DNA of 31,670 nt, from positions 1 through 31,670 of the forward strand of contig JAZSKG010000105.1 in the NCBI GenBank assembly GCA_045534735.1. Direction: 5' to 3'. Shown here piece after piece: positions 10,001 through 20,500 of the stretch (the first letter of the stretch is position 1; every line of letters starts with the position of its first letter). The translations under genes were made by a program, and so were the position numbers. The stretch comes from Candidatus Stercoripulliclostridium sp. (GTDB lineage: Bacteria > Bacillota > Clostridia > Christensenellales > DTU072). The notes beneath the pieces were generated by a model. It saw nothing but the letters and a program-made list of their open reading frames with translations, did no database searches and was not told the origin of the DNA.

Positions 10001-13000
10001 TAGATTTTCAAGAGGTAAGTAATCGTAAACGTTACTTATGAGTAGCGTACCATTCTTGATTTGATACAAGCCACTTGGATCTTGTTCGCTCTTATTGGTA
10101 TGATACTTGGTAAAGTTTACGTTCTTAGCATAGAAGGTTATATGTCTTCTAAAGATTTGGCCGTTGGGAAGTTCGGTCGTTAGTTTTACTATACGCGTGG
10201 AAGTAAAGTTGAAGAAGTCGTATTTAACGTTTTCTACAATCGCGCCGGCATCAATCTTTTCGTCGTTTACTAGACTGGTAACGGTTTCTTCTGCTCTCCA
10301 TACGAGGTTAGTGTACTTAACGGCGCCACTATATCTATAATCTACAACAAACTCTTTATCTAACTTATAACCATCGGTCGTTGCATATAGGGCGCTACCA
10401 TGAGCGTCAAATACTTCTACTGCCTCGTTGTAAGCATCTCCCTCTTCTAGTATAGTGTTATCCTTTAAGAATGATACTGTTACGTCAAAGGGTTGAGTAC
10501 CACTTGACTTGGTAAGTTTTTCTATTCTGAAACGGAATATTACGTGAGTGTCGGTTACCGTTACGTTGGGATCGGAGGTTTCTACGTTTCCATAAACTAA
10601 TTGGTCAAAGTTTTCGGGTAGCACGTAGTCAAGTTTAAGTCCCCTTCTTGCAGTAGATGCAAATGAAAGGGTAACGTTGGAGAATATGTATTCTATGTAT
10701 TCACTCGGAGTGCATAGTCCATATTGATTGGTTAGGGCAAAGTACTTATTGATAGCGATATCAATGGTGTTTTCGCCGGTGATTTCTACTACTTGTTTGC
10801 CGTCCTCGCCAATGAGGGGTTCTCTCTTACCTGCAACCTCTTGATACTTATAGGTTACGCGTTGGATTTCCGTTTGCAAGGTTACCGCAGAGAGACCATT
10901 CTCGTCTTTTGCAGAAAGGTTCTTGTCGTAGTTGCCAAAACTGATGTCACCAAGTACTCTTTGCTCAATTCTAAATCCCATTCTGATTTCTTGGGCTTGA
11001 GGCGTACCCTTTCTAATAATACCTCTTAAGAAGTAAATATTTTCTCCTATATCGTGGTATACGGAAGAGCCGAGAGGACTTCTTAGGATTGATAGGAACT
11101 CTTCAAGGTTAATCCATTCTATTTCAATGGGTTTACCATAAGTTCTGGTACCATCGTTAAAGCCTACGTCTATGTGGGTAATACCATATAGATCCTCGTA
11201 TAGTTTTTGTGATACGTGATTTTCATCGTATGGATCTATTAACAAATAGTGATAGGTTTCAAACTTGGTTAGCGTTGCTTCGTCAACAGAGGCAAGACCA
11301 TATATACGATTTTCGTTTACCTCTTTATATACGTATGAAAGGTTCAACTCAACGGTTTGCTTAATGATACCGTCTGCACTTTCAACGTCGGTATATACGG
11401 TTACTATGCCACCCTTTCCACTAGGTATAAATCCTTGTGCGCTTCCTTCAATAGGATCGCCGTTTGCATCTTTGCGATACCAGAAGAGGTTGCCCATCTC
11501 TTGTTGTTGTATGCCTGTTTCTTCCGGGAAGTAGAGAATTAGGGAGGTGGGGAGCATGAACTCTTCGTATGGGTTTAATCCCTCTACGTAGTATTTTCTA
11601 TAAGATTCTACTTGGTCGGAATTATCTACTATTTCCGTGCCTTCTTCGTTGTATCTTCTTAAAACGGTATTTATTCTATCTCCATTTGCATCAAAGAAGT
11701 CAACGTTGCTGTAGTTTGCAGAGTGGTTGCAAATTACCATTTCTAACGTTTGAGTTATGCCGTCGTAAATGCCGTCGTTGTTAGCATCTTCATATTTACC
11801 TATTACGCCTCTTACGCGCATATAGGTTTCTTGGGCAAACGCATTCTTTATGCTATATACCGTCTTGAATAGAGAGGTGCCCTCTATAATCTCTTGTTTT
11901 TCTTCAAGAATGTTGTTTTCTGCTATCCAAAGTACGGGATAACCTACAACTTGCATTCTTCCTTGGTACATAACCTCTACGTATACGATTTCCGGTAGGG
12001 TTGCCGTTCCTTTCTTGTAGGGGTCAAAGTCATAATAATCCGTGTAAACAGATTCAAACCTATCAAAACTTGCAAGGCTTACTTTAACGGGTTCTATCTT
12101 GGAACTTTCGTGAACGTTATTGGTACCCTCTACGTAGTTTATGGAGGTATATGCCATTACGGTTTGCGCTCTCGTTCTTATTTCACGAGTGGGGCACAAC
12201 ACCTCTAGGGTTATATCTTGCGAACCAATGCTGTCGGAATCACCAAATACACATTCAGTCTTATTGGTTTTACCATTGTTCAAGGGGTTAATGGTACGTT
12301 GTACGGTTACGTTATCTGCGTACTTAATGGTCCAATCCAAGGACTCGTTATAGTATCCGTCACAATCGGGATCGGTATTTACGAAACCTGCGGGCTCGTT
12401 TCCTATTATTCTATAAGAACCGGAAGTAAAGTAAATTCTTACTTCATTCTTCTCGTCGGTGGTTGAGGGAATATAATAGGTTTCAGACGACAAACTATCT
12501 ATTGTGTATTGTCCGGGAAGTTCGGTGTTAATTTGAATGTGTGAGAACTTCTTTGCCTCAATTGTTACAACGAGGGCTATACGCATAGTCTTATACTTTT
12601 GTACTATGGTATATTCGCCACCTGAATACTTAATTCTGGAAGTGTCAAATCCCCAGTCAAACCTAGGAAGTTCTACGTATTCAATATTGCTTGAACCGGT
12701 ATATTCCACGAAGCCAATCTTTAATACGTCTGAATAACTGCCGTCTACGGGGTCTTTATAACTGAAGGGATAGTAGGTTTGACCTAGGCTGGTTGCAGAC
12801 TTATTATCCAAATAATATTGGAATGGGTCTATGGTTACGTGAGCAACTATTGGAACTCTATAATAAGAACCATCTTCTTCAATACCATAGTATTCGTTAG
12901 CCACGGCATTTCTGCCCTTAACCTCTAGTGCAATCTTAAACTTTTGCTCGGCTATGGAGCCTTTACCTATAACGATGGTATATTCTTTTTCTTGCAAACC

Positions 13001-16000
13001 ACCCATTAAGTTTTGAACGGTTTCGTTATCATAAGGGAAATCAACGAAATCATAAGATAACGTGCCTATAGATCCGTCCATGTAAAGAACGCCTATGGTT
13101 GCGGGAATGGGTTCTTCGTCAATGGGGTCAATAACCATCTTATAAATGGTACTATCGGGGCTATAAAGTTCTTTAACCTTCTTGGTGCCGTTTTCCAGAT
13201 CGGTTATAAACATTCTATATTTGGCAATTTGACCGAATAATTTTGCTTCGGGATAATACTCAAATTCGCCGTCTTTGATAGTAGCAGATTCGCCTTCATA
13301 GGTTAGTTTGAAGGATAGCGCCGTGCCGTTACCAAAGGTAACCATAGCGTTTTCCGCCCACTTTGCTTCGTAAATAGAGGCCCAACGTTCTTCGTCTACC
13401 ATATTTCCGTTTTCATCAACTACGTTGATAATAGGAGCAGAGTATTCGCTTGCATCTACGTTTATGATAGGCTTAGAGAAGGAAATCTTAACCTTCAATT
13501 CTGCCATGAAGTCCTCTATTCCAAAAATGCTATCCAACGGATCAGTTATTTTCTTGCCCTTACTATCGTAAGAGGGACTTAACATAACCGACAAATAATC
13601 GGGAGCGCCCAAAGTAACGTCGCACTTGTCGCAAACTTCGTCGCCTAGAACATCAACGTGAACGCATATAGTAACGTTGCATTCGTCACAAACACCGTTA
13701 GCATCTACGTCAACGTGATCGCAAATAGCCTTGTTACATAGGTCACAAACGCCATCTGCCACTTTGTCGTCAAGGCGTGCACAAATGAAACCTTTACAGC
13801 AGTCACATTTTTCATCCTTATCAAAGTCGTAGTGAACGCAGGGGTACTCTCCCTTTGAGATATTGCCTTCAGTTGCAAGAATTTCCAAAGCATCAACTAT
13901 GCTTTCAAAATCCCAACCATCCTTGCTTTCGGTAAGTATACCTATGAGTTCTATGGTAGTTTCTCTGGGTAATACGTATTTAACGCCTAAAGCATGGTTA
14001 TTAACGAGTAGTTCACTCTCGTCTTCCGGGCTAGAGCAAAGGTCTACCAAAGGAGTTCCGTTTAGGCTAACAAACGCATTAACGTAGTACTTGTTATTGG
14101 TTTGCCATAGATCCATCTTGATGCCGAGTTCATCACTCGTAGTCATCTTTAGACTGCTGTTCTTTCCACTTACGTCGCCAACAAAGAGTCCCATAAGTTT
14201 GCTTACGTCGCTTTCGGACTTGCCTTGTATACGTAAACTACCTTCAAAGTGTAAATTTATGGTTCCGGGATTCTTAAACTCTTCAAAGGTATCAAAGTAA
14301 CCTATTTCTTCCGGGAATTCTACGATCAAGTGACCATTGCCGTCGTACTTGTCGTTTTCATTGCGCTCGTCTGATGCGCCTAGCGTCAATACAAAGATAT
14401 CATTTTCCCCTGCTTTACCCGTTATAATAACGTTGTCGGTATTGGTATCCCATGCAAGTTCTATAGCAAGGTCGTCAAAATATCCTAGGCCTATAATGTC
14501 CCTAACCATGCCCTCTTCAAGTCCGAGAGTGTTTGCAATAGTAGAAACTATGGTTGCTTCCTCTTCGCCTATAACGTGGCTTAAGAGTTCATTATCTATA
14601 AGGATATAGAAAACTCCGTTATCGCTCTTTATTCTATCTAAATATAAGGATAGTTCTTTGTTGTCTTTTAGTGAAGGATATCCGTCTTCATCTTTTCCGA
14701 AAAGGCCACCTATGTTAATTTCTACGTTCAACATGCCGAGTGCTTTTTCTACAAGTATTTGTAGTTCCTCAGCCATATTTAGTCCTTCAAACTTAATGCG
14801 AGGTAGACCTAACTTCTCGTATTCCATAAAGTCGCCTATATGTTCTTCAAATAGGCCTTTAGTGTCAACGTAAGTGATGCCGTCTTTGTAGGAAGCGGAG
14901 AATATTCTATTGTTCTTACTAAACTCTGCGTTTCCTTGGTTTTCGGTACGATCAACTATATCAATAAGGATTTGGTTTATTGAGTTGTCGTTAGAACTAA
15001 AGTTTCCTTGTACTTTAGCATCAAAGGTTTTATCAAAGGCCGGCACGAAAAGTTTGCCTGCAAGATCCAAAGAGGTTGCACTTTGGGGAACGTAATTATT
15101 ACTCATGGGGTCATCGGCCCTGGTTAGTCTAACGTCGCCCTTTTTGTAATCGGTAGAGTAATCTACGTCAAAGTAATAAGTATCAATGTTATTTGCTTGG
15201 TTACCTGCAAAGTTAATGTTGAAATCGGTAACGTTTTGTTCGCCGTCAATTTGTTTTTCAAATACGGTGAGTAGTTTTGCGTTAAATAGACCTATTTGTA
15301 CTCTACCTAGATCACTAAGTTCAAAGCCGAGAATCTTTTTGGTTAGTGCATCAAAGCGAGTGCCGAGGGTTGCTATATTGTTTTGTATAAACTCGTTTAC
15401 AACGGGCTTTAGGGTATCAAGGTTAATATTGTCAACGGATACGTTGAATTCACTGTCAGAGAGGATAATTTTAGAAATGTTTTTACTATCAACAGAAGCA
15501 GCCATCGCTTCAATATTTTCGGCAAACTCCTCCGAGAATAGGGTTTGCTCCATATCTAAAATGGTGACTGTTTCGTAGAAAATTTGGAAGGTGGAAGTAC
15601 CACCAAAGTCCTCTACCTTTATGTATTCTTCTCCAATAGCAACGTATAAATCGTTGTCTACAAAGTATACGAATAAGGTATTTTCTTCCTTGTTATAGTC
15701 AAAAACTCGTACCATGATTTCGCTGTCTTGGGTACGTTCTAAATCGTAGTTTGCTTGATATTCAATACCAATATTTACGGAATTGGCTATGAAGGTATAC
15801 TTTGAATCTACGTAACGAGTACCCGTAGTTGCTTCATCTACGAGTTTACCGGCACTAACTAGGCCATCTCTAATTTCGCCAAAGATTTGACCTTTGTTTA
15901 TGTTGGACGAAGGATTATCCGGAGTAGTTATATCTCCGGAATTGTTATCGCCACCCGGTAGGTCGGTGGGGTTATTTTCATCCCCCACGTTACTACAAGC

Positions 16001-16066
16001 CAGTAACGCACATGCTAGCGCTACTATTAGTAAAATCAGAATTAATCTCGGTATCTTTCTGTTCAT
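4091..16066 (-). CDS. Giant (3991 aa) surface lipoprotein: N-terminal tandem beta-rich modules, Cys/His repeats, many Big_4-like Ig modules, MBG-like repeats, C-terminal right-handed beta-helix
   Basis: Uninterrupted 12-kb ORF with RBS GGAGGA (16080-16075) and signal peptide MNRKIPRLILILLIVALACALLA-C24. Recurrent [YF]x[IV]DP[YF]...LP.[TE][VI].[VI].F...[VI].W motifs; NY-terminated MBG-like units near the end; WYLAPGEYGTITISK followed by beta-helix-like coils. Confidence 0.9.
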   Translation of the reverse strand: MNRKIPRLILILLIVALACALLACSNVGDENNPTDLPGGDNNSGDITTPDNPSSNINKGQIFGEIRDGLVSAGKLVDEATTGTRYVDSKYTFIANSVNIGIEYQANYDLERTQDSEIMVRVFDYNKEENTLFVYFVDNDLYVAIGEEYIKVEDFGGTSTFQIFYETVTILDMEQTLFSEEFAENIEAMAASVDSKNISKIILSDSEFNVSVDNINLDTLKPVVNEFIQNNIATLGTRFDALTKKILGFELSDLGRVQIGLFNAKLLTVFEKQIDGEQNVTDFNINFAGNQANNIDTYYFDVDYSTDYKKGDVRLTRADDPMSNNYVPQSATSLDLAGKLFVPAFDKTFDAKVQGNFSSNDNSINQILIDIVDRTENQGNAEFSKNNRIFSASYKDGITYVDTKGLFEEHIGDFMEYEKLGLPRIKFEGLNMAEELQILVEKALGMLNVEINIGGLFGKDEDGYPSLKDNKELSLYLDRIKSDNGVFYILIDNELLSHVIGEEEATIVSTIANTLGLEEGMVRDIIGLGYFDDLAIELAWDTNTDNVIITGKAGENDIFVLTLGASDERNENDKYDGNGHLIVEFPEEIGYFDTFEEFKNPGTINLHFEGSLRIQGKSESDVSKLMGLFVGDVSGKNSSLKMTTSDELGIKMDLWQTNNKYYVNAFVSLNGTPLVDLCSSPEDESELLVNNHALGVKYVLPRETTIELIGILTESKDGWDFESIVDALEILATEGNISKGEYPCVHYDFDKDEKCDCCKGFICARLDDKVADGVCDLCNKAICDHVDVDANGVCDECNVTICVHVDVLGDEVCDKCDVTLGAPDYLSVMLSPSYDSKGKKITDPLDSIFGIEDFMAELKVKISFSKPIINVDASEYSAPIINVVDENGNMVDEERWASIYEAKWAENAMVTFGNGTALSFKLTYEGESATIKDGEFEYYPEAKLFGQIAKYRMFITDLENGTKKVKELYSPDSTIYKMVIDPIDEEPIPATIGVLYMDGSIGTLSYDFVDFPYDNETVQNLMGGLQEKEYTIVIGKGSIAEQKFKIALEVKGRNAVANEYYGIEEDGSYYRVPIVAHVTIDPFQYYLDNKSATSLGQTYYPFSYKDPVDGSYSDVLKIGFVEYTGSSNIEYVELPRFDWGFDTSRIKYSGGEYTIVQKYKTMRIALVVTIEAKKFSHIQINTELPGQYTIDSLSSETYYIPSTTDEKNEVRIYFTSGSYRIIGNEPAGFVNTDPDCDGYYNESLDWTIKYADNVTVQRTINPLNNGKTNKTECVFGDSDSIGSQDITLEVLCPTREIRTRAQTVMAYTSINYVEGTNNVHESSKIEPVKVSLASFDRFESVYTDYYDFDPYKKGTATLPEIVYVEVMYQGRMQVVGYPVLWIAENNILEEKQEIIEGTSLFKTVYSIKNAFAQETYMRVRGVIGKYEDANNDGIYDGITQTLEMVICNHSANYSNVDFFDANGDRINTVLRRYNEEGTEIVDNSDQVESYRKYYVEGLNPYEEFMLPTSLILYFPEETGIQQQEMGNLFWYRKDANGDPIEGSAQGFIPSGKGGIVTVYTDVESADGIIKQTVELNLSYVYKEVNENRIYGLASVDEATLTKFETYHYLLIDPYDENHVSQKLYEDLYGITHIDVGFNDGTRTYGKPIEIEWINLEEFLSILRSPLGSSVYHDIGENIYFLRGIIRKGTPQAQEIRMGFRIEQRVLGDISFGNYDKNLSAKDENGLSAVTLQTEIQRVTYKYQEVAGKREPLIGEDGKQVVEITGENTIDIAINKYFALTNQYGLCTPSEYIEYIFSNVTLSFASTARRGLKLDYVLPENFDQLVYGNVETSDPNVTVTDTHVIFRFRIEKLTKSSGTQPFDVTVSFLKDNTILEEGDAYNEAVEVFDAHGSALYATTDGYKLDKEFVVDYRYSGAVKYTNLVWRAEETVTSLVNDEKIDAGAIVENVKYDFFNFTSTRIVKLTTELPNGQIFRRHITFYAKNVNFTKYHTNKSEQDPSGLYQIKNGTLLISNVYDYLPLENLILNLPTTIVPDQTSAFTSAYDIEFSLIGSWMPGAGFADDNNPELFDVAKLEDAITSNGLNATLLATNKIVGYNGEEQEIRLFVEVTKLSAGQISHSDYVINGNNMTFDQYANSGEGKFVLPKDIKVTFGEVNYEFKEDSKPRPVEYYIRNNVNKEEYTLITEIPYNNVGHTLSQEYGYGVNDPIYLKVALPDGNDTLRLIVTFPCRVLEDVFYYSKTGEGTSALVNGIYYVDPYDRATFSLPTTAQFKYYEKYVDEHSNENVSGRDLITQNVEWTLATENAPFTMVDGHYVYDGGDYEGASYLFYSSLRNFDELDKEQYFILQVYVLNRTLTRPQSYPNTLKAENPFGMLVEDLPSTLSEEDFYDLSAMRGITNAESSALDALYESLSQNANSTIIYYDEIKNDNVSIYDSAYVSALTPVLPNVLWRIEKDGVKVDLVNDDIKVNGGFEYTIYGYVGNGIGDSRTSGQVMEMTFFADTWTFNKVNGLKENVIEFNDFTLVSIAESFNVSFIVVDKNGNETVEVLTFYPEYYVNSVERGRTIMSWNKTNWGDSAELGSITFSNAYKDELSNTYTTANVYKFDAQQVGIDELNFGFGAGYAYSGDVELVIDPLNPVIPTTALARGRLNLDAQTLIYLGEVQVDWQNKDASSPESIYHIDLKGGTRLVYCDVTSGGDSDTKFTFAVRVTYLDRTPRAISTKESGYTNVAKDGSLYPLLRVNTNSQGKLVYNYTFVVDPTPTDDRLFKLEGGTNVLYPANNDGYLRSRYTLPSTLVLGFANDYDAYDVATEALQKFGAEITLVDIEWVLSRDISLVGTNEKGGAISAKIRRFRVQYVVGGETITSDLYNFVGDDERFGTYLDLSLTTVNRQVEYTYVLKNGEETILSEVPEGAVDNYQQARDEFYIDPYNIAFPEDVYVIFTGSTIPYHATDIEWNYNKDHLLTVGVITGAIGEKYMVITAKMNVYGTTLQVQFPIRARNIPVSKDVGDGQTTKEPMSGGTLYVLAGIPLEEQLPKQLYYRFDYDGFSEIAPVPLSFPAKSLSTVKTDVAGRVYSNVDAMLGLVDDDNVVFTIKVIDPKLYALRSTVANSAIGARASSLGFVNGGFIYDYIPIGINAAGTYIPGPETNILPDRIIVSEDGEYMEIVNIEYDVENLVANIECRYTFLSFNDSPRLSGDKDATSENSDKMFISFKMPIKTYSYNWIEEESVTFETTLLRFPLGTEVTASDLPLTTSGIAPIWELDTLNQNKAGEYTATCYYTNAYGRVISGAITVIIERRRVTQDDFIWEEVDGVNFRNREYSGEELEVKDFVKSVELLREDGSYAPINFTVLYSIDGRINWSATQPVEVKENADAEDYFIRLIVNDGDDYNFTGFVDYKMVINKRIINADNVFFYENVDSQGNPIRIEESRYDYVDENGTNLSTMIQQVTFEYNGKERTVAVAGIPTGARTEAKYGYYNPNASQHQFIENLRPINVGTYVMELVFTGGQRNYTIGETNFIIVIHVTPKKVNYTIDTDFEYTGEYFDVPVNGLPEDLAGIEVTYIYKNLTTGQTMAPGSKIKDAGSYQVTVKIDGGINYPSANVGANVYNALYEHNFIVHKREVKLIVNNLSSEYLDALVNLRDSSKTLTLVSADNEKEAGLVGRYDTNLLVTFGDLEVVWAGGTLTSRHIVGSYPLTLANKNAVLSADFHKNYLITEVVDGVYNIVADKPNTRVIQDRTELLEALAQLGAGDGASSTAIWYLAPGEYGTITISKEVNLSLIGAYAQDEEMERIAVHFDQIIVNKGALYLDIVSLTSVANDASIRVGAGASALTVSRSEFVRKGTTALTNSKAIGTEAGYKSTVYVTDTYFNGYTTAIYLLGGSLELRTSTLYRNINGVYLQNGNIVLDTNVFNANSGYAVNITSEKATTSIFDNEFTVNDTAIKSVVALRNDIQAQNVFSQNRIALEVLCSKCHKNYAVNGQEYCDQCTLETED
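13610..13840 (-). repeat. Four tandem ~19-20 aa C-x-H-x-D-x-D-x-D-[GE]-x-C-D-x-C protein repeats in the 3991 aa protein
   Basis: CVHYDFDKDEKCDCC / CARLDDKVADGVCDLC / CDHVDVDANGVCDEC / CVHVDVLGDEVCDKC read directly from the translation. Confidence 0.9.
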
Positions 16067-16104
16067 TACTATTATCCTCCCGATGGACTCAAGCCATCGT
16101 TAAT

Positions 16105-17589
16105 TTATGAAATAAGTACGGTTTGGAATAGGTCGGTGTATATGGTTATTAAAGGAGTTACCTCTCCTTCAACGTAGACCTCTACCTTTACGGAGTTTCT
16201 AATGGTCTTTGTCTTGCCTGCTTCTATGAGGTTGTTGCAGTTGTCGCATCTATGATCGCCGTTTTCGTCAATTGAGTTACATACGCTATATTCGCCCCAT
16301 TCTACGATTCTATAAAGATATGAGGTTGTATCCGTTATTCCCTCATTTGCTATACCGTCATTAAGTGCGTTTATTAGAGAAGCAGTATAAAGTGAACCAT
16401 AAGGATTTACTTTGTCATTATAATCGTTTATGGCATAACTAATTTTAACTCCACTTGCAACGGCGTTGTCACTTGCATTGTAGAAGGTAGTCTTGTTAGG
16501 TGACATATCTAATAGAACCAGTCTTACGTTTACTATTTGTTCATATATAGCGTTTGTACCGTCGTAGACCTTTACTATTACCTTCCAGTAGTCTATTACG
16601 CCACCACCAACGAATTGGTCTTGACCAAGAATTAAGGTATCACCACCGGTTGCCCTATCCCACCAAGTTAAGGTGTAGGTAAAGTTTTCGGCGGAAATAT
16701 CGCTTCCGTTGTAGTAACCATATACGTTTGCCTTGTCAATTTGCGTTACGTACTTGTCGCCGTCTACGGGGGTTCCGAATATGGGCTCTAAGGGGTTTAG
16801 TACCATTATGATAGGTGCTTCGTTTAGCCCGAAAGCCTCTATTCTTACTTGGTCGGTACCCTTACCATATCCAACGTCAAGTCCTGTAATTTCAAATACT
16901 TGGTTCCATACTCTCTTAACGATATTGGTGTTATATACCCTACCGTCAATACGTACTGACTTGGAATATTGGGTTTTGGTGTTATTGGAAATATATACGT
17001 CTTCTTCCCAACTTTCTACTCTATAAGTATGTCTACCACCAACCATTCCAAGGTCGTTAACGGCAGTGTCAAGAACGTTGCGTTTTTCGCCGTCACGATC
17101 TACTTGAGTATTAATTAAACGAGAGTATAGGTCCTTATATGGATTAGACGCGCCCGCGTACGTAGTTGCATTGTATACACTCTTGTATGGAGCCTCTGTC
17201 AAAGTATTAACTGCAGGACTACTGCTGTTAATGTAACTTATAGGACTTATATCCAACGCAACAAGTACGATATCAAAGGTTTGAGAATATGAGAATGATG
17301 GATCGTGGATGCTGGTTAATTCAAGCATTACGGTCCAGTTTCTTATGATGCCACCACCAAGCAATGCATGAGAGAGATTGAGTGAATTTACACCATCCCA
17401 AATTACGGTGGTAACTAAGCCTTGCTCGTCGTAACTAATTGCATACTCCGTATTGTAAGTACCAATTGCAGAAACGGTACTATCGCCGGTATCGGGGTTT
17501 ACCCACTTGGGATTCAAGGGGTTAACTACGAATATTGCGTTGTTTTGAGTACCCATACCATAACCTAAGTCAATTTGCAAAATGCTTGG
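16105..17589 (-). repeat. Tandem duplication (~230-260 aa x2) at the C-terminus of the 3213 aa protein
   Basis: Copy 1 (17589-16897): ILQIDLGYGMG...VVNPLNP...LLGGGIIRNWTV...IVLVALDISP...NPYKDLYSRLIN...YRVESW. Copy 2 (16896-16105): ITGLDVGYGKG...VLNPLEP...FVGGGVIDYWKV...VRLVLLDMSP...NPYGSLYTASLIN...YRIVEW. Confidence 0.85.
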
Positions 17590-20500
17590 GTTCTCGTATT
17601 GGTAGATAGCGGGTACAAGTTGGAACTTGGTTGCGCTTACAGAGTTGGCTAGTATGAAGTAACCGGTTGCTTCGCCTTCGCCTTGTGCTCTATTAAGAGC
17701 ATCTCTATCCCAAATCATACGATATTCGTAACTATCGTCGTAAGAAGGATCTATCTTTTCGGGACTAATGCCTTCCGGAACGAAAATCTTGGAAACCATC
17801 GTCTTTTCTAGGTTGCCTTCGGGTGAAGATGAGGTAATCTCAAAGTCAACTTTATAATGGTCAATGGAAGATACGCCGGTGATTGCACTAATTACAAATC
17901 TCATTGCATCCCCTTCCATTATGATGTAGTCGCCGTTAGCACTGGGACGACGTACTGCCTTATGATCCCATCTGTCAACGTAAACTTTAATAACAACGGG
18001 TTGACCACGGTCTACGTTATAGATGTGTCCACGAACGTAGATCGGTACTAGGCCACTTTCGTCAACGGTACCTGCTACGGTAATTTGACTGTCGGTAAAT
18101 TGCCAAATCAAATTAAAGTCTTGTCCGTCAAACGAGTCGGCACTTATTACTATTTCGGGTAGGTCGCTTGCTCTACCTGCGAAGGGGTCGGTGTAACGAT
18201 AGTATGCATTGGGGTTTTCATAACTATCATAGTAGTCAACCACTCCGTTTACTAGTTGATAACTTTCAAATAGTCTGTCCGCAACCTTTACCTTAAGCAA
18301 TAGGTCTTGTGAAGCCATTCCTTCATAGCCACTCAAAGTAGAAATGAAGGAGAAGAAGTTGTTGTGATCGCCTCCAAGAACGGTTTGGAAGGTATCGTAC
18401 ATTACCTCAAAGTTCTCAGGAACGTTCCAGTTCGTGGTGTATTCTAGAGGTTCACCTTCGGTGAAATTGATGGTTACTTTGTTAGGTACGGTAATGTTGT
18501 CTTCGGTATATGGGTCAAGAATTAATACGGAGTCGTCTTGTTGACCTGCATTAATGGACTCTACAGTCTTATCCAAGAAGTGGAATATAACGGTTATAGT
18601 TTGACCATCGCTTAGTTTAGCGTAGGCTAAAACGTCACGATCGCTTATTCTACCCTGTCCTACCCACTTGTGTCCGTTTAGATCGTACTCAATTTGAGAA
18701 ATCAAGTGTTCGTTTCTACATGCGGGATCGTAGTAGAAGTATAGTCCACGACCATAGTTGTACTTGTCGGGATACCCGGGATCAATTACTCCGTCGTCGT
18801 TGAGGTCTAGGGTACGATCCAATGCGTTATAAACAAGGTTGATGTTGGAGGGAACCAAGAAGTTTCCACCATATGCCCAGTTATGGTAAGCATCTATGTC
18901 AACCACGATAACTTCGCCATAAGGATGGTAAATGGAGGTTGAGGAGTAGGATTGCTTTACTCTTGAAGTGAAGTGCAACGAGTCGTCAACGTCCTCTACT
19001 TCGTAGGCAATTTGTACTACCTCGGTGGGTAATACTTTAAGTTTTAAGGTAACGGGTTTACCCATGATGATGGAAGTAGCAAGGTCTATTTCACCACCGG
19101 GATATACGGAAGTACCTCTATAATCTATGGCGCTTAGTTCTGCTTCTACGCCATCGGCTAGCGTCCAGAGAATGTTTTTCTTTACAAGAGTTGAACTGGG
19201 ATCGCCAACTTTAATATTGCTGGGTAGTCTTTCCGAACGCAAGAAGGAAATTAACGGATAATTGTCGTACAAGTTGTCAATTATCAACGTACCATAGGAG
19301 ATGGTGTAGGGACTTGCGTCGTCGTCTGCAGAGTGGAAGTTGGAGCCTATTTCGTAAACGCTGGAAGAAATTTCAACGTAAACGCGTGAACTATCGTGTA
19401 GCATGGTGGAAAGCCAAATCTTACCACCGAGTTTCAATCTTTCTTCACTGATAACGCTTAATTGTTCGTACTTGTAAACCTCTACCATTCTATCGGTTGA
19501 AGCACTAAAGAATGCGTCTTCTGCCTCTTGAGTGGGGAATGCTACCGTCCAAACTGCGGGCACGGTTGCGCCTGATCCACCATAACGAACGGTGGTGCCG
19601 TCTGCGCGAGTAACGGTAAATTGTAGTTGATCTTGTAGTACGTATCCTCCTTCATACTTGAAGGTGTTGTCTGCGTTATAGATTTCCAGTTCTATAGCCT
19701 CTAGAACAATTTGTGATTGATCTTCATCAAAGTCAATGGAGGGCTTATCTTGTTCGGTCATTTCAAGCAAGAACCTAATGGTGAAGTCGTGAGCATCGTC
19801 GTCTTGACCAACGTAGATATCCACACCTTGTCCATAGGTGCCGGTCCAAGCCTCTATTAATTTTTGAGTATCTAGAGTACCAAAGATGGGTAGGCTTGCG
19901 CTGATAGTTGCATCGTTAACGCGTAGGTTTGCCTTATCGCTTTCGCTAAATACTACGGTGATATCGCTAAATAACCAGTTGAAGAATTCGTAAGGAGATA
20001 TTCCTGTGCCGTCCTTAAGTGCTATTAAGCCAGCCCTATTTAGTTGTACTCCACTTAGAACAACGTAGTTGTTAAAGGTGTCAACGGTTATATTGATGCC
20101 ACTGGGCATCTTTGCATCGCGAGTATCTTCTTCCCAAAGGTTAAAGAGTAGATCTTCTACCGTCTTTGCCTCTATTGAATAGGTGAGCATCATATCCTTG
20201 TGGTAAGAATGAATGTCGCCCAAAGTGGTGCTTAGGGTTACGGTAGTGCCCTGTACCCAAGGTGCGTGGTCATGCCAAGATGCAGGATAGATACGATTGG
20301 TGCCGTCTGCAAAGACGATATCCAAAACTTCCGGAACTTGGAAACGAGCATAAGTGTCAACTGCCCAAAGGTAACTCTTTAGTTGATATTCGCTTTGAGG
20401 AGTATCGGTTGAGGTTAGATATTGTTGTAGAACGTCAGCATACGTTAGGTTACCGTCTGCTAGGCTACCATCTATCATCTTGAAAGTTATATCCTCTGCA

